From contig CATNEN010000007.1 in assembly GCA_950097015.1 (NCBI GenBank), positions 8,308,001 to 8,372,000 on the forward strand: DNA of 64,000 nt, written 5' to 3'. The position numbers and the translations under genes are program-made. The stretch comes from Macrostomum hystrix (Eukaryota; Animalia; Platyhelminthes). The notes under the pieces were generated by a model. That model worked only from the letters and a program-made list of their open reading frames with translations. It was not told where the DNA came from and made no database searches. This document shows positions 36,501 through 47,745 of this stretch, piece after piece. Position 1 is the first letter of the stretch. Each line of letters starts with the position of its first letter.

Positions 36501-39402
36501 ATCTACCTAGGAATCCGCTTAATCTACCCAGGAATCCGCTCAATCCACTTTGGAATCCGCTTAATCTACCCAGGAATCTGCTTAATCTACCCAGGAATCC
36601 GCTCAATCCACTTTCGAATCCGCTTAATCTACCCAGGAATCCGCTCAATCTACGCAGGAATCCTCTCAATCTACGCAGGAATCCTGTCAATCTACGCAGG
36701 AATCCGCTTAATCTACCCAGGAATCCGCTCAATCCACTTTGGAATCCGCTTAATCTACCCGGGAATCTGCTTAATCTACCCAGGAATCCGCTCAATCCAC
36801 TTTCGAATCCGCTTAATCTACCCAGGAATCCGCTCAATCTACCCAGGAATCCGCTCAATCTACGCAGGAATCCTCTCAATCTAGCCAGGAATCCGCAGAC
36901 TGCGCTCTCCAATCAACGCTCACTTCGCGCTTTCCTCAGCCAGAATCAGCGAGCGCCGCATGTCCACCTCGCGCTGAGTCTCGCCGGGCGCCGAAGTGCC
37001 GGCGACGAGTGGCGCCTGCGTTGGCGCCGTCTGCGGCAGCGGCGAACGATGCGTTGTAGGTGGCTGCTGCTGCTGCAGCTTAGCTCGCTCCTGTTCCTCC
37101 TTGAATCGCTCCTCAGCCTCCAGATCCTCCATCTGGCGCCGCTGCCTCTCGGCCGCCTGTTGTCGGCGCTTCTCTTCCACCTGGGCGCGCACGGCGGCCT
37201 GGTACTCCAGCTCGCGCCGGCGACGGGCCTCCGCCTCGCGCAGCGTCGCTTCGTCCGTGGCGGCGAAGCCGCGCCCGCGCTCGTAGCTGACAGCCGTTGG
37301 CGCCTGCGGCTGCTCCGCTGAGATGAAGAGCAAATATTGGAGTGTAGAACAATGCCTAGATTATGGCTGGTTAAATTTATTAGACGCAAAATTATTTCCT
37401 TTAGCCTACTGAGTTTCAGCTCCAGGCATGTAATTTAGGATTCTTAAACTGTAGAAAGAACACGGGGGATAGTTCAACTACCTTTTATCTTATCAACTAT
37501 TTATCTTTTTTCTAACTAATTTCTAGCTCTAACTAATAGATCACAATCCCTACAAGCTCGTAGTCATTGTGGAAAGAAGAAATCTGATTCCTGAGAAATA
37601 GAAGTCGCACAACCAACCTTGCGGAAGCAGGCCTGTCCCAGCCCCGACGGCGCCTTCGCGCCCGGTGGCACGCTGTTCGCGCTCTCTCTCGCGCTGCTCG
37701 TCCAGCTCGCGCAGCCATTGGCGCCGTTCGGCTTCGCGCTGCTCATCGAATCGGTTATCGTCGGGTGCCACTTCGCCGACAACAAAAGAGCTGCGAATGG
37801 CAGCTGGCGGCACGGCTACTGACTGAAGAGGCTGCGGCGGCGGCTGCTGCTGTTGCTGTGATAGCGGCTGTGGAGGGACTGGTGCCACCGACGTCTGCAG
37901 CACAGCGGGCGGTGCCCCGCCGCCAGGCCGGCCCCACGGGTCATAGTGGCCGCCCAGACTGTTCAGTTCGGCCCGCTCCCTCGCCCACTGCAGCTTCTTC
38001 AGGTCGGCTTTGCTTTGTGGGGGTGGCGGCGGTGGAAGCTGCGGCGGCTGCTGCTGGGATGGCAGCGCTGAAGGCAGAGGCGATTCCCGCCGCTTTTTCT
38101 CAGCCACTTCCCGCCCGGGCTTTGTCGCCGGCCTTCCGCCACCGCCGCCTTTTCCAGCTTCATCGTCGTCGACAAGAAGCCGGCGCTTTTCATCTTCGTA
38201 GGCCTTCGCCAGCAGATCGATGAGGGCATCCTCGCTCATCTTGTCGATGTTCTCATCTATTAGGCGCTGCATCTTGGCGTCAACCGTCTCCGAAAATTCG
38301 GCAGCCGATTTTCGACTTTGACGAGTTTTCGTCAACGAACTTTTAGCTGGCTGCTGCTGCTGTTGCTGCTTCGGTTGAGCCTTGGCTGCACGAGGCCTAG
38401 AATCGGCTCCGTCGTTATTGGACTCCGCTGTCTTAGACAGCAGGCCCAGAATCGACTCCTCGCCACCAGCGGCTCGCTTTTTTGTGGCAGTCTTTGTCCC
38501 GGCGGCCGCAGCCTTTTTTGGCTGCTGCTGCTGCTGCGATTGTCGCTTTTGTGACTGACGAACCGGCAAATATTCTTCGTTATCTTCCGAGTCGCGTCCA
38601 ATAGCGCTGTCAGCGTCTGCGTCTGGCTCTTCTTTTCGCCGCGTCGACTTTGCTTTCGACTTCAGCTGCTGCTGCCTTTTCGGCGCATCCAGCGAGGCCT
38701 CATCGTCCTCCCAGCGGTGCAAGCGGCCTTCGATTTTCACTCGGTTGTGGGCACCGTCTGCCGGCGAAGAAAGAGCGAGGAAATTCCATAACAATCATTG
38801 AAAAGTGGCCTGTTTAACTACAGGGCAAGCGGAAAGCTGAAATCAAGCTCACCTATTTCAATATTAACATCCCGATCAGCAGTCGCGGTGAGTTTCTCGA
38901 CAGATTCGATGATTGCCTTGAGTTGCGTCTCAGTCAGGGCACCAACGGGTCCAGGCTGCTGCTGCTGCTGCTTGTGCTGTTGGCTTTGCCCTGGTGCTTT
39001 CTGCTGTTGGGCCTTCTGCTGCGTCTGCTGCTGTTGGGTCTTTAGTTGTGACGGCTGCGGCTGCTGCTGCTGCTGCTGACTAACTGTTGTGGGCGCAGTC
39101 GCAGCTCCACGCAAAGCAAAGGGCTGCTCGCGGGTCTTGTAGTTCACTGTGCGCCGCTTGGCCTTAGCCTGTTCCTCTGTTAGTTGTTAGCAAACGTAAA
39201 GATTAATTTGTGAGCACTACTAAAAATCTCTATTGTCATTTCCTATGAATTATTATTCCATTCATTATTTTTATACTTGACTTCAAGCTTTTCTGAAATG
39301 AAAAAATTAAATGAAAAAATGTAAAATTAAAAGAGCCTTACCAACTTGAAATATAATCTTTGGCTTGCCATGCTCATCCTTTGTTGTCTCAAACTTCAGC
39401 AT
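24546..39402 (-). CDS. CCDC66: Coiled-coil domain-containing protein 66 (ciliary/centriolar satellite protein), 8 exons, about 1091 aa
   Basis: Exons 39402-39342, 39176-38853, 38757-37618, 37317-36924, 36047-35528, 35196-34897, 27735-27337, 24683-24546; all GT-AG and phase-consistent, total 3276 nt. CCDC66-like motifs: N-terminal MLKFETTKDEHGKPKIIF, LTETQLKAII, RQWLRELDEQ, EYQAAVRAQVEEKRR, GHDTS, ERPPWG..EFIPQSER..RQAELL, C-terminal DPIFHP..RQDAILQQLSTIRRGLLEKQKEIE. Confidence 0.85.
24970..25660. repeat. 42-bp minisatellite
   Basis: CTCTAAAACCCTAACCAAAATGTACACTG... units. Confidence 0.95.
26512..26870. repeat. 54-bp minisatellite containing AGCCAATCAG
   Basis: GACTCCAGCCAATCAGAGAGGCCGGCCAGTGAAGAGTGACAATT... 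units. Confidence 0.93.
26955..27165 (+). mobile_element. tRNA-derived SINE copy
   Basis: Degenerate tRNA head (GGTTCGA B box), then ACCCAGCTGTTAAATTGGTACC core and CAGTCCATGGA..CTGTACGC tail shared with the copy at 56.5 kb. Confidence 0.65.
27815..29095. repeat. 30-bp minisatellite
   Basis: TGGGCTTGATTCAGATGGGATCATGAACCA and variants. Confidence 0.97.
29384..29433 (+). promoter_or_regulatory. Putative SID-1 promoter (CCAAT box, GC box-like sequence, TATA box)
   Basis: CCAAT at 29384-29388 and GGCGGGGT immediately before TATAAA at 29428-29433, about 115 bp upstream of the ATG. Confidence 0.5.
29546..33066 (+). CDS. sid-1: SID-1 transmembrane family protein (SIDT1/2-like dsRNA/cholesterol transporter), 2 exons (29546-31676, 32519-33066), about 892 aa
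   Basis: Signal peptide (RLLLLLPLLLTA), ectodomain with CPVYDL and YQTMST, then [51 protein letters not shown] and DFYDVHDVWHFLSA (Zn-binding His). Phase-1 intron G|gtgagt...accag|GT. Confidence 0.95.
33090..34020. repeat. 24-bp minisatellite right after the SID-1 stop codon
   Basis: GTAGGTTAATCCCTTGGT followed by AATTTA or CCTTCG. Confidence 0.95.
34510..34875. repeat. 22-bp minisatellite
   Basis: GTGTCAGTAGACTCACGAAGGG tandem. Confidence 0.95.
36290..36897. repeat. 21-bp minisatellite
   Basis: GGAATCCGCT(T/C)AATCTACCCA and variants. Confidence 0.93.
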
Positions 39403-42104
39403 TGCACTAACAGCTGAAATTGATTGTTGTTAAGGTTTAGCTAAGTTAAGTGGGTAAGGCAGCAAAAGTCCAACACATTGGCATTTTGTGCCAAGGTCCC
39501 TAAGCTCAATTTTTTGGCAAAACACATTCATTTGCGGTGCAACCATGAAGAGGAGGCTTGGGGGTTTCGTATTTAATTTATGTGCATGAGGGCCAATCAG
39601 AAAAAAAGGTGAGAAATACTTACAGCACTGTTGTGTGCCTGTGTATGTGTTGTAAAGTTTGGCAAACAGCTTTAGCATTCCAAAGATTAAATAAACTTTC
39701 AATTCTGCTGAACCTTAGTCAAGAGGAAGGAACCTTACACACATTGTATAAAATGTGTTGTAGTTCAGCAAAAAAATAATTTTATTAAACAATTATAAAG
39801 GATTGCCAGGTCAAGGACCACTAAGACGGGCAACTCTTTGTAAATAAGTCTGTAAATTTACACCTAACCAAAAAATGCATAATGAGCGCACTACACACAA
39901 TCAAGCTGACATCTAACTTGTCATCTGGATATGACAATTTTAGTCCTAACCATGCATAGGAGTCAGCTGAAAGGGCTAGGCAGATTTGCTTTCATGCTGG
40001 CAGTGGACCTACTGTCACCAAATAATGTGATCCCAGTGCCCAGAGCACTCAGGAAAATATTTTTTTAATAGGAAGGCAGCTTTAAGTTACATATGATAAA
40101 ACAAAAACATAAAATTTATATATATAGAAAATATGAAAAATGTATCATCAAATGACATGCTAAATATGACATAAAAATAAAGTGTATACTGTACTGTATT
40201 GTAACTAAATATTGTAAGTAAATATTGTAAGTACAGTATTATCCTAAATCTTACAACTGCCATGCTGCCACAGCTACATTTCTTAATTGGTAAGTGGTAA
40301 GAAAGATTTGTACACGTTCTTGTTATCTTGGTAGTTCTCCATTACTTTTAAAAATCAATTGACTATGAGATAGATCATTCACGCCTGAATGGTTTTGTAA
40401 AGTAAATCGTATATATTAAAAACATAGAATTCTTCCTAAAGTTATTTGAGCGGCACATTTAATTCTTTTCACACAAAATAGACCACTTATTAAAAATCAT
40501 TACTACAAATGAATATGAGACTGGAAGGTTGTAATTTCGCATTGAGTCAGATTTGCGACGAGTTAAAAATACAAGACAGATTCTTCTCGATACACTTATT
40601 TTCTGACTAGCTTTTTAACCACTATATCGTGAACAAGTAAGACATAAACATCGCAGCAAAAATGTATCTAGTGCTAAACATAACACATACGATCTCTTAG
40701 TACAAGCGTAACAAATTTGCTATTGGAAATGGAATTTAAATAGTTAGCCATGCCATAAGTTTTAGTATGCTACTTTGCAACTTTTCTTAGGAGCTTGGAA
40801 ATTATTTGTTATTTAACAATAATAATATTATCCACTACTGCTGTTGAGAGATAAGTTGACGCACCTGTCGTTATAATATTTACATGTTGTTATTTTCATT
40901 GCTCTTGACTGCCGGGTGATTCACGAAATTTAGCTCGCCGTCATATTTCAATTTATTTCATAAATGAATTTCATTTTTTCTGCAACGTAAATTCGTTACT
41001 TTTCTTCTCCTCAAAACAAGCTCGTCTGTCACGGGGCATGATAATAAAGCTGTCACAAAGCATTGGTTCATAAAAAGAGGCTTTCCTAAATACTAAGCAC
41101 ATCTGTGCAATATTTCTTTGAAACGATCGTCATTTAATTTCTCAGGCAAGTTAAAAGATGCCCGGCGGCTAAGCTTGGCATGTGTTCGAGGTCTACCCTG
41201 CAGATAAGTCGAACTAGTTCAAAGCTTACGCAAATTGTGACAAATCTTTAAATGTGCTTATGTATTTTACCGACATGCTTGGGCGACAGCTATACTTGAT
41301 CGATTTCCCATGTTTTGTATTTGACAAACTTCTGCATGAACTCCCCAATTATCTAAATCTGAAATAGAAATATTCATCTACACTCAAAATGTAAACGGAC
41401 TCTAAAAAATCGCACCCACCGTTTTATAAAAAAACATAAACAAGAAATGTGATCCGGCTCTGCGAATTGGACGTTTCTAGATGAAACTTTTCAATGTTTT
41501 TTGCAAATAGAGTTTCGTAGACTACTTGCCAATTTATTTTCTGCTTTCGGTCCAGTTAAATCTATCAAAACACACTGAATTGTTAAATTTACACATACAG
41601 ACGTATTTTTCTACCGAATTACGATTCTAAATGACTACAACTATTTAAAAATATTATATACCTTATATAGAAAAGTGGCTGATTGATTTACACGCAAGCA
41701 GGGACTCATGTCAAAATGATCAAGAACAGCTGGGTGACAGCAAAAAAGTCCATTTCGGAGTTTTTTCCTTTCTTGATCAATCAAAAAAAATCACCCAGAA
41801 CATACCAGATGTATGTATTTATAAACGATCAAATAGCCGGCCAGAGCAGACAAATCTACAAAAATCACAAACGCTATTTTCGAAACGTTTCCGGTCCGAA
41901 ACATTTTCCTGACGAAACTGATATCGGACCAGAGTAGACTGCAAAAATTACTAGCTAGAAAGAGCTAAAACGTTAGGTTTAAAAAACTTCGCAGACGTTT
42001 TTTTTCTCATTTCCAACACTCCGCAAGTTTGTAAAGAAATTTCTCCTCAAGCGAGAAACTACTGCAAATACGAGTCTAATAACGGAAAGCGCTATTCAAG
42101 CTAC

Positions 42105-42200
42105 TTACGAGCTAGTACATACGAGCTAGTACATACGAGCTAGTACATACGAGCTAGTACATACGAGCTAGTACATACGAGCTAGTACATACGAGCTAGT
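42105..42200. repeat. 14-bp tandem repeat
   Basis: ACGAGCTAGTACAT tandem. Confidence 0.9.
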
Positions 42201-42321
42201 GCCCCTGCTTGGTCCAAGATGCTACAGGACAATTGAGAAATCTGATGAAAACTGACTAGCAAAGTCAGAGTTCATTGTGGTTGTGTCAGAAGGAAATTCG
42301 CCAGCTGGAGGAGGACTCGGG

Positions 42322-45300
42322 TCAGCACTTTTTCGCCGATCTTTCAGTCCGACTGTCGTTGTCGGGGTTGTCGCGAGCCCCGGCAGCTGCGCCGGCATTG
42401 ATCCGAGCCGTGTGCGAGTCAATGGCCTCGAACACCTCCGTGGCGGTGCGAAGCAGCCGCGGCCCGCTGCGCTTCGGCGAGCGCTTCAGAGCCGGAGCGC
42501 TCTGCTGCCGGCTGATGTTGCCGCGCCTCAGTCGGACCCGCGGCTGCTCGCCCAGCAGCTGCAGGATGCCGTCAACGGTACTGAATAGGCGCCGCTCGAA
42601 TGTCTCCATGCGGCTGCGCGTTTGGTTCAAGGTGGTGTTACGGATCATTGGGTTCTGTCCTGACGGGCCAGCAAGGGCCGGTGTATTAGTACTGAACCCG
42701 GATCCTCAGTTGCACCCCCACAGGGAATTCAGGGCTACAACAATTTGGAGTCTGTATTTGAACTCTTGCTGCACAACTCACGTGTTCAGAGTGTCCACCC
42801 GATGGGAAATGTGCTCGACTGACTTGTCCCCAGCTCCCCGCGCTTCGTGACTCGAGCCGACAAGGCCGCCGTTGCCGTTGCCGCCACCACCGCCGCCGCC
42901 ATATTTCCACTTGGAGAGGCTGACGGCAACAGCGCTGAAGCTCTTCTGCATGTGCGAGCCGGCCGAGTGACCGGCCTGCGAGTGGCTCACGTCCGAAGGC
43001 TGCCGGGTCATGCCGGGAGTGTCTGTCAGGAGGGACACGCAGTTCCATGTGTTCGTTGAAAAGCCAAATGCCAAACATATGTGAATGACTTGGGCATTAA
43101 TTCCAACCACAAGGTGAAATTCTGCCCGCCTATGAGAGATCCTGTGCTCAAGATTTCAAGCGAAAGATATTAGGCATTAATTTTAGCTAATTCACTCACA
43201 AATCAACAGCAATATAGACTGCTCATAGTACAGAGATAAGATTGTTTAGTGAATTTCTCATGCTACTCAGAGAGACTCACTCGGCCCAGACGAGGCGATG
43301 CTGCGCGCCTTCTTGGTCTGCAGCAGCGGCTTCTTCTGCCGGATGAAGCGCAGTGTCTCGTCGTCCATGGAGCAGCTGAGCGCCTGCTGGTCGTACTCTG
43401 TCAGGTTGAACGTGACCTTGAAGTTCTGCTTGAATATCGGCGCCCACTCATTGTAGACATTCAAGATCTCTTTGAGGTCGCCGACGCTGATTTTGTTGAG
43501 GTCGACGTAGCTGAGAGCGCGGCAGGTGTAGAGCGACTGGCCCACGTGACCGCGCACCGCCCGCATCGCCTCGTCGCCAAAGATGTCGTCGCGACCGAGG
43601 ATGGCAATCACGGTGTCGTCTTGGGAGATCTCAACGGAGCCGCGCACCACGAAGTAGATGTTCTCGAGAATGTCGCCCGGGTGAACCAGCGTGTCACCTT
43701 TTGCAAGGATGTTTTGGGCACTTTTCTGCATGTGAACTAGCAACGCAGGTGCATGAAATTGCAGAACACGGGCCGAATGTTCGTTGAAATAAAGCATATT
43801 GAAACAAAAATCAAGGGAAACCAGAACGTCGAGATAATCAACGACTCAACTACAAAAGGTCCTCTGTTTAAACATACTGAGTATGTAGGCCATAGTTTTT
43901 CAGTACACCCTCCCCTGTACGCCAATCAGCTTTCAGTACACCCTCCCCTGTACGTCAATCAGCTGTCAGTACACCCTCCCCTGTACGCCAATCAGCTTGT
44001 TTTGTCTTGTGACTACATGTACTCGCATCTGCATCTTCGAAGCCTTTGCTCAGATCTTTGATATTGATGTTTTATTTTAAGCCCACCTGGCGGAACGTGG
44101 GTGGTCCTGAACTTCATGCTGAAGGCCCTGAGGCATCCCGGGCTGGCGCCCTTGAATGCCAGGCAGTTGTTGAGCAGGTTGCGGTTCATGTGCAGGCAAA
44201 TGTCGGCCTGGAGGCACTCCGGGAAAGTCTTGAGCACCACGTTTGTGTCCAGGCCGTTTGTGTAGTTCCACGAGTTCTGCAGCCATTTTTAGTGGGTTTT
44301 TGTTGGCGTGACGAATCTCCACTCCAGATTTTGAGCTTGAGCAGAGTTAGTTTAATACAGGACTCTCACCTGGAAGCTCTCCTGCAACCTGTGCGCCAAA
44401 TTCTTGGGTATCTTGTGAAACTTGATGAACTCCTTGATGCTGGTCTTCTTCTCATGGAACTCCTCGGAGCCCTGGTAGATGCGCAGCATGATGCTGCTGA
44501 CGTTGCCGAAGATGGCGGCTGACATCAGCGAGCCGATGAGCATGCCAAAGATGGTGAAGATCTTCTCTGCGTTGGTGTTCGGGCTGACGTTCCCGAAGCC
44601 GATGCTGGTGAGACAGGTGAAGGTGAAGTACAGAGCCGTGATGTACTTGCTCTGGATGTCCGGCCCTCCGGTCACGATGCCGGTCGTGGAATTCTCCAGG
44701 AACGGCTTGTTGAATGTCTTCGCTAGATGGTCCAACCATCCAACCTGGAATGAGTGAGTAGACAGGAGAGAGAGATGGTAGACAGGAGAGAGATGGTAGA
44801 CAGGAGAGAGATGGTAGACAGGAGAGAGATGGTAGACAGGAGAGAGATGGTAGACAGGAGAGAGATGGTAGACAGGAGAGAGATGGTAGACAGGAGAGAG
44901 ATGGTAGACAGGAGATGGTAGCGCCCGAGGTCACAGACATTGATACCCGAAATAGTCAGTCTTTATTGTCAATTATCACCGATATAAAGGTTTCAAGGTC
45001 ACCCCCAAAATTGACCGCTAAAGTTTTATGGACAGCTAGCAAGTATTTAGTGCTTTCGTTTGACGGGCATTGAAAAACACCATTAATGACCGGTCTGAAT
45101 GCCTATGGTAAAAGGCTAGTCCTGGCAGAGGCCCTACCTTGGCTGGCAAGCCGTCCCGCTCCACGTAGGCGATGGCGTAGAAGATGCAGGCGAACCAGTG
45201 CGCCACCAGGGTGAAGGTGGCCATCAGCAGCAGCATGACGGCGGCGCCGTACTCGCTGTACTGGTCGATTCGGCGGGCCACGCGGAGCAGGCGGAGCAGC

Positions 45301-46280
45301 CGGGCGGTCTTGAGCACGCCGGTGATGGTCATGGTGTCAGTGGCCCCGCCGCTGCCGAACAGCAGCAGGTCAAACGGAATCGCCGCGATGGCGTCCAGGA
45401 GGAACCAGCCTGCCAGTCACAATGGAGAATAGTTGAAAAATTACACCTGAACCGCTTCTGGAAGCTGCGTACAGCTGTTCAGTCCATGGACTGTGGGTCG
45501 CCACAGCCATCCATATTTTATAATCCAAAAACTCAAGTATCAAAATAAAACAAAACTGTTCCCTTGGGCTGAGATACAGAGTCCGAAACGAAGAGGTTAA
45601 AAATGGAGAAAATTTGAAATGAAGATCAGATAAAGTGCTCGAGAACTTACGGCAACAACAATCCCTGTCAAGGAACAGACCTCGCTGAGGTCAGCGGGGT
45701 GTCAGTCAAGTGCGCTGAGAATACGCCCTTCTCTTTGATGAATGAACAAAGAGTCTTGGACAAGTTTTAATAGAGATTTCTAAATCTGACAACCGACTAA
45801 AAAAACTTTTCTTAGCCCTTCAACTTGAATGGAGGCAGAAGTTTAAAATAAAAGTGCCAACAGCCCCCCGGCTGGAACAGTTCAGCACCCGAGAAACCAC
45901 CTGGCACGATGCGATTTAAAATGCGAAAGAAAAGTAAGTTGACTCCCTTCCTCTCATCTCTCCCGAGTCTCTCTTGAGTCCATTGACTTTTGAGTCCCTT
46001 GACTCCAGCCCTCCCACTACCTGGCGGTGTTCCTCTTTGCCTTCCCGACAGACCCGATCTCGCACGAGAAGTGACTCGAAGTCGGCTGACCGCGGCCGCG
46101 TGCCCAAGCCGCTCTAATTAAGACTGGCTTCACCGCCCGGGCTTGTCAGACTTTGAAACTCTCCCGAAACAGCAGGGAAAAAACTTTTCAGTTTGTCCTG
46201 CCCTGTCTGGGCGGGAATATTTAATTTCTGGCTAGTCGCCAACTCCACGCCCCTCAGGCCTAATTCCGTCCGCTCCTCCT

Positions 46281-46313
<33 letters not shown>

Positions 46314-47711
46314 GAAAAAAGTAAGAATGAATACAAAAAACTTCATTTCGACTCCATGCACGACCCGGGGACACGCGCACTCCACGCGGCACTAATTGGA
46401 GGAAGGAGGGGGGTTGGTGTGAAAGGTGTGAAAGCTTGTTCCCAGCCTGTCAGTCACGCCCAGCAGCAGCCGCCCCTGTTGTTAATGAGTTGTTGCAGTC
46501 TCAATTACCCCTGGAGATCCGGGGTTTGTAGTTGAGTTGAGCACTGATGCTGCTGCCACAGTTGAGTTACAGTAATCGCGCTTGCCTATTGTATCCAAGG
46601 GTTCTAATGCATCGCTACACTTAGAAAAATGTTACTTTTGTTTTGTATGAGTGGATTGAGTAGAAATTTAGGTTGTCAGACATTCTGATATACTATCGGC
46701 AATAGAAAATGTGTTTAATTTAATATATAGTTTTCACACAGGGTGTTGAAAATTGTTAGGACAATGTAAATGTACTTTAAACTTATCAATAAAGATGGAA
46801 CTACAGATAGAGATACGAAGGAAAACTTCAGAAGAAGAATATGGATATTTATAAAGAAGAAAAAATGATAGCGAACGGCCCCACACTCGAGTCTCATTCG
46901 CCTTACAAATCCCCCTTAAACCCACTGTGCTCAGCTCCACCTCAGCAGCTCCGGGTGAGGCAGGGGGGGGCTGGCGGATCTCAGCTTTCCGCGCGGCTGC
47001 TCCGCCCCTCCTGCGGCGCGCCTGGTTTTTCTGCTTTCCAAAATGCGCCGAAGTCGCGGATTAAAAGGAAGAAAGTGCGAAATGAGCCGGCGAAGGCGCC
47101 TAGCTTATGAACTGGGATCAGAGGCCACAGAAGCTCTGAGGGCCGGGCTGGGTCAGCTAAATGCTCGGGCGATTAGAAAATGCTGAGAGGTCGACCCGCA
47201 GGGCTGGGAAAATTTGAGGAGGGCAGGGGCGGCGACTGTCAGATCCTCAAGGCTGCGATGAGTAGCTGCTGAGCTCATATTGATTAGCTGGAGGGATGGG
47301 AGGCGGGGCGGCTGCGAGCCAATTAGCTGGGAATCTGGCTAGATAGATAGATAGATAGATAGATAAATAGATAAATAGATAGATAGATAGATAGATGGAT
47401 AGATAGATAAATAGATAGATATATAGATAGATGGATAGATAGATGGATGGATAGATAGATAGATAGATAGATAGATAGGCATAGGATAGATTGGCATATT
47501 GATACAAAGACTCAATGGATTAGAATCTCGACATCAAAGTAGGCATTGATAGATTAAGATAAAAGCAATGAAAGATAGATTCATCTGAGAATTGCTTGAT
47601 TTTAAACCGCTCCTAATATTGAAAAATATCGCAGTCTCTTTGTCTGCCCGCAGCCAGAACTGTAGTCTTCTTCCCCTGCAGATCCACTTTGTGATCCCCG
47701 CATCCGCTTCA

Positions 47712-47745
<34 letters not shown>

